From Octopus bimaculoides (taxonomy: Eukaryota): a stretch of 64,000 bases of DNA. The DNA lies in NCBI RefSeq assembly GCF_001194135.2, contig NC_068983.1, positions 89,928,385 to 89,992,384 on the forward strand, written 5' to 3'. This document shows, in pieces, positions 39,504 to 52,189 of this stretch. The notes under the pieces were generated by a model. It ran no database searches, had not been told where the DNA came from, and was given only the letters and a program-made list of their open reading frames with translations. A program made the translations under genes and the position numbers. Every line of letters starts with the position of its first letter. Position 1 is the first letter of the stretch.

Positions 39504-40766
39504 CTGATGAAACAAAGGAGAATGTAATACTATAACACCATAAGATTAAATAAAATTACAAAAATATTAATTAACAACTATTATAATAAAACATCACTGG
39601 AAAACAATAAGTTAGTTTATGACATTTCTTCTCTCCATTTTCTGACAGTTATGGTTGGATGTGATTAAGGAATCACCAGAGGCTTGACGTCATCTTGGAG
39701 AATGCAGAGGGGCTGGCATAGGACCACCAGCAATGGGAAGCACTGTTGGACCTGGTCAGTTTTACGCATAATGCCTCTGGGACAACTAACCTAGGATGAT
39801 CCCAGCCTCATCAAGCAAGAGCATGAAGCAAAGAAGCAAAGTTATTTCATAAGGCAGTAAAGTCTGCTACAGTCTGACATTTGCTACCTCTGTCATTCTT
39901 AACAAAATTTAAAGAGAGACGAACAAAACTAAATTGGCATGCACATTCACTTGTCTCAGCCCGTGTTTACATTGATACCACAGTGGAAGCATTGTTTGTG
40001 TCCCACATAAACAAAATTCCCAGCATCAGTTCAACATGCAAATTATAAAATAATGTACCTTACTTGAAAACAAATAAGGGTTGGTGTAGAATGCTAGTGC
40101 AAGAGATCTCATTCAATCCCCAAGAACATAGTAAAGTGGAAGTATGTATGTGAAAGAGAAAGGGGAAGAGAGAGAAAAGAGAGACTGAGAGAAGTGAATG
40201 AAAGAATTCTAATCACAGGAATTTTAAGGATATACCAACTCTGGTTGATGTACACTTAAGTAAATAAGAAATATTCCCTTGAATAAGGATGCCAGTCTAT
40301 CAAAGATTGAATATAGAACTGCAATCCAAAGAAACATCTGTTAATTCACAGCTTGTGCTTACTGTGGTTAATTACCCCACTATGAAGTACCAATCAGACT
40401 AAGCTATTGAGAAGTAAAAAACTTTCAGTGGCAGTAACAAGATGTTAACCACTGATACTTTAGATGGGTTTTCAGTTCTCAATTGACCCAGCTAACTATA
40501 GTTTCAAGAAATGCAAAAACTGCCTCGAAATCACTAGTGTATACTTATTTTATTATCAATAATGATAAAGCAAATCCCAATAGAATTTCAGAATTATGGG
40601 GGATAAAGGTAAATGAAACAAATGTCTGGTATACTACTGCTTCAGCTATCACCACCATAAGTTTTCATGATTGCTACAAAAACTGGGGAAATGAGACTGT
40701 GTCATTAAAATACATTACAACAATACAAAATGAACAAGTAAATAGAAATATTGAACAATATCTTAC

Positions 40767-40940
40767 ATCATTTGTATATGCTCCTTTACTGTAGGAACTT
40801 GTACCATATGTGTTAGTGCTTGAGCCCCAATAACCAGTGTTGGAATCAGTGTTGTTCCCATAATTACTATATATCCCTTCATATTGACCAGTGCTTGCAG
40901 TTGTGTTGTTTCCAGAATAGTTATCGGGATAACCGGAGTG
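40767..40940 (-). CDS. RAVER1: RAVER exon, S/Y/N/G-rich (58 codons)
   Basis: Pyrimidine tract ..taaaag|CAC .. GAT|gtaaga; HSGYPDNYSG..GAYTND; phase 0-0. Confidence 0.8.
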
Positions 40941-41619
40941 CTTTTAAATTTGAAGAGAAAAAGAATGAAAAATGTTAAGAACAAGAGATGAAAAATTAAA
41001 CAGGGATGCTATGCATACAAGAGGGTTGTCTCTTTTTCATTCTTTTACTAGCACTGTGATTTGCCAATGGGAACCACAAGTGGTAAGGCTAACCGTTGTA
41101 GGTATCAGCAGAAATGTATCATTGTTTGTTAGCTTGCAATGTTGAATTTAACTCCTCTTGTTACTGACTTGACAAGAATAGGCTTTAACATGTTGAATTG
41201 TCCAATACATAACAAAATCTTCAGTGGTTTTCCAATGGCATATGAAACTTACTTATCTAGAAGATTAGAGCTACTTTTGATGAGAAGCCAGATTTAGACA
41301 TATTAAAGTGGTGGTGCTTGTGTGAATGTATACATATGTGTGAGTGTTGTTCTCATACAAACATAGTTGAATGGATGAAATAGTGAGCTATCAGCTCATA
41401 CTTAATAAGTCAATATTTCCATCAGTACAGAAACTGTGAAATGAACTTTAAGATCTGTATCTGTACTGTTATTGATTAACAATTACAATAATGTAGCATA
41501 GCATTTTAATGTTGTCATCAAATAAAATGGTACATTAAATTGTTTATGTACAGCACAATCAAAACAAACATATTCTAGACATAGCAAGTATAAGGAAAGT
41601 ACCATGAGGAAATACATAC

Positions 41620-41736
41620 AGTGTAGCTATTTGCCATGTCTTTGTTATAATAGTCAGAAGTTGCCTGGCTTTTAGCAGAATTATAAACATCACTGTCATC
41701 CCCATCATTTTGGTCATAATAGTTAGAATTGTAAGT
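41620..41736 (-). CDS. RAVER1: RAVER exon, Y/N/D-rich (39 codons)
   Basis: tttttcag|ACT .. ACT|gtatgt; TYNSNYYDQNDGDDSDVY..ANSYT; phase 0-0. Confidence 0.8.
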
Positions 41737-42399
41737 CTGAAAAATTGAAGCAAAAAAAAAAAAAAATTAAGTTGAAAGATTTTGATGCCTGAAGCAGGTA
41801 CATTATTTTGCCTTGATTATTCCTTATGTTATTTACCCTAATGTCACTGATAGGTAATATGAAACTGTAAATTTCTCCAAAACTGACACCTTTTAGAATT
41901 TCAAGTGTCTTAATCTGACTCCAAGTGTTTATAATCCTTGAATTACAAGGGAAAAGTTTGGTAAAATCTCTAAAAGGGTTGTGACAAAAGATTTATACAA
42001 TAGAGAATTAGGAAAAATCTCCAACTGAAGTAATCAGAAAACTTTATAGAGTAACCTTCCCATTAATTATTATCTGCTGCAAATCCTTTATCTTGATGAT
42101 CATCAATGGTGCCACTAATAAGAAACCATCTGCTTAGTTTCTCAGAATGTTGGTAGTGATACAATTCAGGGCCATCCTGTTCAGTAATATATAGGTAATA
42201 TACTCCTGCTTATTAAACTGTGAAATAATTTGTAATATAGTATGTTAACCTAAACTGTCTTAACCTAAATTTAGTTTACAGAATATTTTATTGTTTTGGA
42301 CACTTTCATTGCAAATAAGTTTAACTGAGGTGCTTAAGGGAGTAATAAATTGAACTGAACAAGGAACATGTGCAAACCTTCAAAAGGTAGTATTTTCAG

Positions 42400-45300
42400 T
42401 GTCAGGGTTCGCATATGGTGAGAGACTGCAAGGAACCCAGGCCTGGAGTAATTTGCTATTGTTGCAGACAAACGTGCCACATCGCTAGTGAATGCGTTCA
42501 GGGAAATGGTCTAAGGGAGAGTACTGCGCCAGTAGTTGTTCCGTCTAAGGAAAAGAGGCACGTATATGGTTGTGGTGGAGGGAAAGGTATCACGAGCTCT
42601 CATGGACACAGGCTCCTCAACAACCCTAATAACTCTGGTGGTGGAAGAATGGAGTGGAGTGAGTAGTGTAAGGGCTGATGATGGTACGGAAGTTGAATGC
42701 AGAGGAAGTAGCGATTTGTAGATGGTGGTATGAGGAACGAGATTGAGGTTGCATGCCATCGTGATTGACTGCATGGTGGATGGAATCGATGTGGTGAGGC
42801 AATGGACACCATTGTCCATTTGTGAGGTGTTACGATCAATGAAGGCGGTGTAACGTTCGGTGATGCGGGGGGCACTATGTGCTGTGAGTCCATGAAAGGA
42901 GAGTGGTGAGAGCTACAAAGAAAAATATGCTGCACACACCATTACAGACAAGGATCTTCAGGCTGTTTTCAATGGCCGACAGTGTATAGTGGAATGGTAC
43001 TGGAAGGGAGATCCTCTAATGTTGAAAAACGCAATAGGAGATGCAAGAAATGAGTTTGAGGGAGAGGTGGAACAGTGTTTCAAGGAAGGCATTCTGATAC
43101 CTTGGAAGGAGGATGTGGAGAGTGAAGTGCTACCACTGATGGCAGTGGTGCAGCAGACGAAGCATAAAGTCAGGCCAGTATTAGATTTCCGAGAGCTGAA
43201 CAACCACGTATTGTGCCATACGGGCAGCAAGCCACGGACATTTGCAGCGAAACCTTGAGAGAGAGTGGAGGCAGATGATAGGAGCATCCACAATCATCAA
43301 TTTGAAGTCGGCATACCTGCAGCTGCATTTGGGCTGAATTCAGCACCGAAGATTATGGCGACAATTCTGAAAACCATCCTGGGAAAGGCAGACAAAGTGA
43401 AAAGCGCCACCAATTCCTATACTTATGACATCCTGATAGATGAGAGCATAGTGTTGGCAAAAGAGGTCATAAGCTACCTGAAGAGTTTTGGGCTAATTGC
43501 CAAACCACAAGAGGCAATGCAAGGAGGAGCTGCACTGGGACTCATACGGAGAGACAAGGCTGGTGTGTTGGTGTTTCAGAGAAGTTATGAGATCCCAGAA
43601 CTGGACTCCAAGACAAGAACTGTTTTCTGTGTGGGAAGCTGCTGGGGCACGACCCGATTGCAGGATGGCTCTAGACAGCATGCAGCTTCATCAAGAGGTG
43701 GAGTGACAACGTGGGGAGGAAGACAACTGCCATGATGCAAGAAGTCTTGGAGAGAGTGACTGCGGAAGACCCAGTAAGAGGAAACTGGTATGTGCCCAGA
43801 TTGAAGAATGGGATCATGTAGTGTGATGCTAGCAGCATAGTAACAGGAGTTGTCCTGTAAATTGGAGGTATAGTGATGGAGGATGCGGCCTGGCTCAGGA
43901 AGAAGGATGACTGCAACCACATCGACATGGCGGAGCTGGATGCTGTGTTGAAGCGGTTGAACCTGACCCTAAGGTGGGGGCTGTGCACCATCAAGATCCA
44001 GACCAAGTCGTTCACTGTACTTAGACAGGCAGGATCAGTGGTTACTGGTGAGCAGAGGGTGCAAACCAAAGGGGGTGCAGAGATGCTGATAAGATGCTGT
44101 TTGGGAATTCTGAGCAAGTTAGCTGCCAAATTTGACCTGAGACTGATTCTGGTTTTTGTGCCCTCTGAGAGGAATAGAGCAGATGTCCTGACCAGAGTAA
44201 AGAAAGCCTGGTTGCAGGTGCCAGAGGATCTGGAGCAAGGAGTGGCTGCAGTGTATCGGAGCTGAGGAGACTGCATACTATGCATCACATGGGGGTGGAC
44301 AGGACCCTGTTCCTAGCCAGGAAAGTTGATTCTGATGTGACCAGGCAGAGTGTGCAGAGAGTAGTTGGGAGCTGTGACAGGTGCCAGTCCATTGACCCTG
44401 CTCTGGGTGTGCATGAGGCAGGAAGTACTCCAGTGGAACACAACTGGAAATGACTGGCAGTGGACATGAAGCACTACCAGCAGGGGACACGCCTCTTGAT
44501 GGTCGACTGTGGACCGAGGCGGTTGGCCATATGGAAGGGGATCAAGATGGGGAGCACGGAGGAAATCACAAGAATACTAAATGAGATATTCCTAGAATGA
44601 GGCACTGTGGATGAGCTGCTTGTGGACAATGGCACTGCATTTCGCTCAGAGGTGCTGAGGGAAATATTCAACAAGTGGCATGTTAGCCATTTCCTCAGGG
44701 CAGCATACCGGCCAAGTGGCAAAGGGGTTGTGGAGAGACATCATCGCACCATCAAGATCATAGAGGTCGTATTTTGGTATATGTTGCCCAGGTCGGGACA
44801 GGCTGAGGAGTCAGTGCCACAAAGGGCAAGTGGAGACATCTATGTATCACATCGCCACAACCTGCAGAAGAGAAAGAGCATGCCTTTGTGCAGGTCAGGG
44901 AAGAAGTCTGGGTTAAACCCCCAAATGCGCGGTGCACATCACAATGGGGAAAGTGGACAATAACCTTTGTAAATTTGAGGAACAATGTGTCTGTAGATGG
45001 CATGCCATGTCATGTTTTGGATGTGTGCAGGATCATCAATGTGATGGAGGATGGAGTCAACAGTAATGGACAAGAGGATGAAGCTGGCAGTTACATGCCA
45101 GGAACTGAGGCCAGTCCTGAAGTCCCACAGCGGTCGCAGAAGCAGCGGTGCCCTCCTCGCTGGTTGGCTGATTACAAGACAAGTTAAGGTATGTGGTCAG
45201 GGTTGAGGAGAAGGTGTGAGCAGGTTGGTCGAATGATCTTCAGATCAGGTGGGCGTGTGGTGTTATGAACCAGGCTGTGTTGTAGGGAAGGACTGGAAGT

Positions 45301-46660
45301 GAGGGAGTACATGTCCAGTCAGAAGTGGTGCCTGTGGGTCCCACCAGAAGGGCCGAAGTGGGCATGCAGGGTCAGCGAGGCACGAGTGGTCAGTTGGTAG
45401 TGGACAGTGTACAAGAGCAGACCTGTTAGATGGTATGGCGGTATACAGAGCATGGACACATAAGAGGTGCAGCAACATCAAAGGCAGGTTAACTAGCAAG
45501 TTAGTTTTTGTTTGTGGCAGATGTTCAGGTGCAATAAAGACTGCAAACAAACAGGAAACAACTTCTATCTCATTCCAGGGTGAAAAACTAGAGGTAGTCG
45601 ATAGCTTCCGATATCTGGGCGACCAAGTTAGTAGTGGGGGTGGGTGCGCTGAAAGTGTAGCTGCTAGAATAAGAANNNNNNNNNNNNNNNNNNNNNNNNN
45701 NNNNNNNNNNNNNNNNNNNNNNNNNNNNNNNNNNNNNNNNNNNNNNNNNNNNNNNNNNNNNNNNNNNNNNNNNNNNNNNNNNNNNNNNNNNNNNNNNNNN
45801 NNNNNNNNNNNNNNNNNNNNNNNNNNNNNNNNNNNNNNNNNNNNNNNNNNNNNNNNNNNNNNNNNNNNNNNNNNNNNNNNNNNNNNNNNNNNNNNNNNNN
45901 NNNNNNNNNNNNNNNNNNNNNNNNNNNNNNNNNNNNNNNNNNNNNNNNNNNNNNNNNNNNNNNNNNNNNNNNNNNNNNNNNNNNNNNNNNNNNNNNNNNN
46001 NNNNNNNNNNNNNNNNNNNNNNNNNNNNNNNNNNNNNNNNNNNNNNNNNNNNNNNNNNNNNNNNNNNNNNNNNNNNNNNNNNNNNNNNNNNNNNNNNNNN
46101 NNNNNNNNNNNNNNNNNNNNNNNNNNNNNNNNNNNNNNNNNNNNNNNNNNNNNNNNNNNNNNNNNNNNNNNNNNNNNNNNNNNNNNNNNNNNNNNNNNNN
46201 NNNNNNNNNNNNNNNNNNNNNNNNNNNNNNNNNNNNNNNNNNNNNNNNNNNNNNNNNNNNNNNNNNNNNNNNNNNNNNNNNNNNNNNNNNNNNNNNNNNN
46301 NNNNNNNNNNNNNNNNNNNNNNNNNNNNNNNNNNNNNNNNNNNNNNNNNNNNNNNNNNNNNNNNNNNNNNNNNNNNNNNNNNNNNNNNNNNNNNNNNNNN
46401 NNNNNNNNNNNNNNNNNNNNNNNNNNNNNNNNNNNNNNNNNNNNNNNNGGCACATAAAAGACACCATTTCGAGCGTGGTCGTTTTCGTGCGGGTGACACG
46501 TAAAAGCACCCACTACACTCTCTGAGTGGTTGGCGTTAGGAAGGGCATCCAGCTGTAGAAACTCTGCCAAATCAGACTGGAGCCTGGTGTTGCCATCCGG
46601 TTTCACCAGTCCTCAGTCAAATCGTCCAACCCATGCTAGCATGGAAAGCGGACGTTAAAC

Positions 46661-46691
<31 letters not shown>

Positions 46692-46835
46692 TGGATGTTG
46701 TGAGCGACCCCTTCTACATAGTTAGATGATATGGCGGCAGACAGAGCATGTGGACGATGTGAGTGACCCTTCCAGATAGACAGATAAGACTACTGTAATT
46801 CTCTCTCTGCTTCCATCTTTTCCTCCTCCACATCA
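42400..46835 (+). mobile_element. Decayed Gypsy-type LTR retrotransposon with 3' LTR only
   Basis: Gag knuckle CYCCRQTCHIASEC, protease ALMDTGSS, RT (RPVLDFRELN, FGLNSAP), RNase H (CDASS), integrase (HHMG..C..C, DNGTAF) in Gypsy order; LTR ~45256-46835 ending ..ccacatca; many frameshifts. Confidence 0.88.
45452..46690 (+). mobile_element. Young 5'-truncated RTE nested in the Gypsy LTR
   Basis: WTHKRC..FVCGRC..KLEVVDSFRYLGD; 3' end nearly identical to the 14010 copy; (GAT)10 tail; central N gap. Confidence 0.9.
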
Positions 46836-46995
46836 GACAGTGTAAGGGAGAAAGACAAACAATTCAATTGATGAAAGCAATTAATGCAAGCCTGCATATT
46901 CCATGTAGATTATTAGATAACAAAATCTTAAATACAACATAAAAATAACAAAATAAAATCTACATAGAAATTAAATCATATAGTGACAAACTAAC

Positions 46996-47172
46996 CTGAT
47001 TGTCATAGTAATTACTATAGTTGTCATAATATTGGTCATTGCTAGTGGTTCCATATTGGTTGTTATACATATTGCTGGAGTAATCAGTGTGGCCAGTGGT
47101 GGCACTGGTGGTTCCAGTACCAAGGCTAGTGGATGGAACCAAACTACTGCTAGAACCAACATTGTTTCCAGT
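46996..47172 (-). CDS. RAVER1: RAVER exon, S/T/N/Y-rich (59 codons)
   Basis: ttgtctag|ACT .. CAG|gttagt; TGNNVGSSSS..YYDNQ; phase 0-0. Confidence 0.85.
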
Positions 47173-48879
47173 CTAGACAAGGGAATGAAAAAAAAAGAAG
47201 AAAAAAAACCATTAATTAAAGACATTCCAATCTCCCATTTCAAAACTCAGTGTGAGAGATAGAATGGCGTTTTCAGCAAACCAGGAGAAATGTAGCTATT
47301 TCTCTAGGCAAGAGGCGATTGTGGTAAAGATGGGTGCTGGTTTAGGTGGAACTTTCAGTTATTTTGTTTAATAAAATAATATCTATTAAATCTAGATGTT
47401 AGCTAGCAAATGGCTCACCATAGTTTAGTTCCCTATACAGCCAATGATGAATTTGGAAATATCTATTTACATGAAAACTAAGAGAAAATATTTTATGCAA
47501 ATGAAAGCAAAATAAAACCACCATGATTCCCATATTCCCATGATTAAAAATAGCAACATTTGAACAGCTGCTGCCGTCTGCATTATTTTCATTGAACCAA
47601 CAAGCTTCATAGGTTTGCTGAGCAAGCTAGCTTTTAGGTCTGTTAATTGTAATCCAGAGAATAGGTAGCTTTGCAGCAAGCCTAGTGACCATGTCAAGAA
47701 ACAAGTAGTTTAGATTGCTACTAGCTCTAAATGCAGTAATGGTGAGTCATTTCAGAGGAATTGCAACTAAAAAAATAATAAAACTGTATTAGCCAAAGTT
47801 TTATTTTAAAATCTGTTACACAGCATTCCCTAGACATTAAAAAAAAAACATCTGACTTATTTTCTTTCAGAAAGGTTTGAACCCTCTTTTGTAAATTTCA
47901 TTAGTTAATAATTAACACAATATACAAACGACCTGATAAGTCAATTGGGATATAATCCTTCCAACATTTTAGCATTTCATATCACACAACAGGTTAGGAC
48001 AGCCAAGCATTTAAACAGTTTTTCATTTATGCTTAGTTACAAATCTTAAATATCATTTTATTCTTTTTTTAATGACTTCTATGACTCACTGCATAATTTA
48101 GAGCACCACAGAAATCTTTGTAAGCCTGGTGGGGTCCATCTTTCTCTAAGATAAACCCTACAAGAGAGGTCTGAACTCAGTCCTAAAAGTAAACAAAACC
48201 TTCAGTCAACACATAGTACTCTCATTACTTTACAAATTGATGATGATACCTGTTTATAGTTAAGTAAGGCTAAGCCATCTAAGGAGTATGTGCCTCAGCT
48301 ATAACACAGCACAGTTCTAGTGACACAAATGCAAACTATCAAATTTTTGGTCAGTAGTTAGGTGTATTAATATGATTATCAGTGATGCTCAATTTTATAT
48401 CAACATTGCAACAACAACAACAACAAAAAAAAAAAAAGAAAAAAAGAAAAGAAAAAGACGATCAAAAAGAGATGGATGGCAATGTATTGGTTTCTATTAT
48501 AGGCAATGCTGGCAGTTGAAAGAGTTACACGAAATACAATAACATTATTTTCTGTTCAAACATTACTGTAAAATTTCTCATAAATAATAAACAGAGGTCT
48601 CCTTCTGCTGACATGGCTTGTGCAGGTTCACAGAATAACTTCTAAGAGCATATAACCAAAATGAATATCATTAGAAATCTCTAACATCAAAATGGTCCAT
48701 AAATTATCACCATCATCATAACTGTCATCATTTTAGTATCCATGTTCCAAACTTGATTAGCTTAAAGTTGCTCACCAACACATCATAACCCCTAACTCAC
48801 AGACATGTCTCCACACTCAGCCCTTTTTACAACCCCCGCTACCACTACTACAGTGGCCTCTGATCCTCACAGAAAACTG

Positions 48880-49240
48880 TCAAGCTGAAATATCTGCTCT
48901 GGCATGATTTCCATGGCTCGATGCCTTTCCTAACACCAATCACTTTACAGAGTGCATTCATAACACCAGCACTGGTAAAGTCACCGAGAAACTTGTAAGG
49001 CAAAGAAAACCTCCCTCGATAGAGTGGAGTTATAACAGAGGAGGTGGCATTATACTAGGTGATAAGAGGCAGGTGTTTTGCTATAAGAAAAGATATATGG
49101 TTACCACACATATAAGGATGGTTGGAAGTAGCTGGAAGGAAAACAAGGGTGGTTGTGCCAAGGATAGGAGAGAATATGGACAGGATCAGGAAGGGTAGGT
49201 AAGTTTATAGGTATGTGAGAGGAGGGTGACAATTGGAATT
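48880..49240 (-). mobile_element. RTE 3' UTR fragment
   Basis: gatgcctttcctaacaccaatcactttacagagtg.. motif shared with other copies. Confidence 0.55.
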
Positions 49241-51523
49241 TGAACTAAGAATGTAAAACGGATGAAATACCGCTAAGCATTTCGCCCGGCATTCTAACGT
49301 TTCTGCCAGTTCGCCGCTTTACAGAGGTGAATGTATTGAATGATTAAGGGTGGACAGTAAATATCAGTCAGGGGGAGGGGGTGTATATAGGAGAAGCTCA
49401 GAAAAGAGATAAGTGCTGGAAAGGTAGAGAGCAGTAGTATAATTAACCTGTATATAGATCATAAAATAGGATGATGGTATGGGTGGGGGAGAGAGATTGA
49501 GAGAGAGAGGTAGAGTGACAGCTATGAATGTCAGAAATACGTAAAGGTGGATATAGTGAGTGGGAAATAAGGGGGAACTGCCAAAGTCAGATATGAGAGG
49601 GTGTTGAGAATGATAGTAGGTACGAGGGGGTGTTAACCCTTTAGCATTTAAACCGCCCATATCAGGTCCAAATATTCTGTTTTATGTTTATCCTATAATG
49701 TCATTCTATAATAATTACATCACTGTAATCTCAAAGGTACAGATAATGCATGTTTAATTCAAAACAATGTGAATAAATAAGCATTATATTTCACAGGGTA
49801 ATCCAAATGCTAAAGAGTTAGAGATGAAGTATGGCAGTCCTAAGATGTAGAAGGGATGATACAATATATAAATGCATAGTGAAGTCATGGAGATTTGGTT
49901 TGAAATGGCCTTCATGAAACTTTTATTAAGCAAATTTTCACCAGGTATTTTATCAAGTGATGACTTCTACTATTCTACATAATAGCAAAGAAAGAAAATA
50001 AATGTAGCTTTTGCAGTCACAGTAAAAATAACTTTTAATGCATTCAACTGTAATAAGTAGATAGTGCTAGAAAAGATATCCTCTCAGCAATAAAAGTGCT
50101 AAGCTAAAGAAAACATTCAGATTATCAAACTATATTGGTAGTGGAAACTGGACATTAAGCTGATGACAGCAAGTATTACTGTAACTAGCAGAAAGACTGC
50201 CCTCCGGGTGGTTTTTTGCTAGCCTCTTGATAATATTTTCACATTTGATTCCCAATTCTAATAATTTTTATATTTTACATCTAATTATTACTTTGTGTAA
50301 CAGGGCTCGCTTACTTAGTAAATACTGCTGTCATTATTTCATCACAGTCATAATCTCCTTTTTTTAAACAAACATCATGGTAGTCCAACAACAGAGGGAA
50401 AAGCAGTTTGTCAAGTTTTGCCATCTACTCAAAGCAACATAGAGATTTTAATTCAGCAGCCCATCTGTAAGCTTTGCAGTGTGTGAGAAAGAGGAGGGGA
50501 GAGAGAACATTGCAAACAATAAATGAAATAAACATGAAATAAAAAAATCATAAATAAAAAGGCATTACTACAGATGTATATGCCTCCCAACTTTGTTGCC
50601 TCATCCACAAAAATGATACTTTTTAACAAAACTTTCTACAAATAACACTTAGATGTTTGTGGATTGAGAGTATATAGAAATATATAGGAAAGAATTTTTC
50701 TGAGGGGGTGGAAAGAAGAGTTTTGGAAAAATTCACACGATCTGACTTTTCCCTCTTAACTTTCAGGGAGATGAGTATCTTCTGAGGAAAATTTATACAA
50801 ATCCCTTTCAAACGGCATAGATTACGATTATAAAGAAATTTATGGGGAAAATTTTTTCAGGGTTTTTCCCCATTTTGTTAAAACCAGCTTTCAAAATGAT
50901 GGGGTGGGGGTTGGGGTGCATCTTTGTATGAAAAAAGTTTTGAAAACTCTTTTTTTTTTTACAACTCCTCCCTCATTTTCCACTTGGATCTATTTTGGTC
51001 AATTTTTTTGCACTTCAAAACCATGGGAAGAGCATTCTCAGTAAAAATTTTTATAAAATATGTTAATATTTTGAGAGTGAAAAGTGAGTGATTTAAGGAC
51101 GATTTGGCTGTTGCTTCTAGCACATCCAAAGACAACCTTCCTTGTTTCTTTATCACTCTCTCATGTATTCATGTTTTTCAATAATTTTTTTCCCCATAAA
51201 TACATTTATATGCTATGAAAAGAAAATTTGAGAAAATATGAATTTTTTGCAATCCCATTCCCTGGCCTTGATTGTTTCTGTTTAGAAATTAAAATATTGG
51301 AGAGCCCGAGAAGATCATTGCTGGCATTTATTCATAGTGATTTTAAAAAATTATAGATATGTACTTGTATAGCAAGTGACTTGATCTGAGATCGTGTGCT
51401 GAAACAAAAACAATTGCAGCATAGATGTTTGTAAGCTATTCAAGAACACACAAAAACCGTTAGTTTCACGGCACTACTTAAATACAGAGGTCCCGGTGCA
51501 TCTACGCAACGATATGAAGGGGA

Positions 51524-51548
51524 GGGTTAGTTAGGGTTAGGGTTAGGG
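51524..51548 (+). repeat. Interstitial telomere-like (TTAGGG)n
   Basis: GGGTTAG TTAGGG TTAGGG TTAGGG. Confidence 0.85.
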
Positions 51549-52189
51549 TGTCAATTTACGTCCACAAAGTGTACATTTAAAATGTCTTGTATGTAACACC
51601 TGCATTTAAGTCATACTGTTAAGGGACCTCTGTATTCAAGTAGTACTAGTTTCACTTCAACATGAAAATTTCATTTATGTCAAAATATTTTCATTGCTTT
51701 GAAACCATGACTTGTTCACTGACAAAACTTCACAAAAGTGATGCAGCACGAATTTTTGTCAGTGAACAGCACACACACACACACACATTCACTGCCTTTC
51801 ATTTGTGTGTATGTGTATCTATGTGTGTGTGCGTGTGCATATTGTGGTGGTGGTGTGTGTGTGTGTGTCACTGTTGAAGCTGCTCGTGCAACTTGGTTGT
51901 GTACATATTGGTTTAGTGGTACAGTGTTTGGAACTGTGAATAAGGTGCAAGTCTTGAGTACTTGACAGTAACTTTTATTTTTCTCCTCATCTTCTCATAG
52001 TAATTACCCAACTTTCCAGGATCTTCTCATAGCTATCCTGTGTTCAAAAATTATGCGGGTATTTTTAAAAATTGTCATTCAATAATGTTTTTACATTATG
52101 TATACATTAATAGAATAAACTGTTGGCTTTCCAAATAGTGAATGAAAACTTAAAAGAGAAAGTGAGAGACTTTGCAAATGAAAATGGAA

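Noticed and set aside
14203-46606. Long ORFs in the track (e.g. 16946-18007, 23593-24555, 45263-46606)
   Set aside because: They are long only because they span N gaps; artefacts.
46661-46690. Short direct-repeat arrays as CRISPR-like or coding repeats
   Set aside because: These are (GAT)n LINE tails and microsatellites; no repeat-spacer structure anywhere in the window.
47510-47720. Additional RAVER exon
   Set aside because: An open frame exists but the acceptor has no pyrimidine tract, the donor is weak and composition differs from the other exons.
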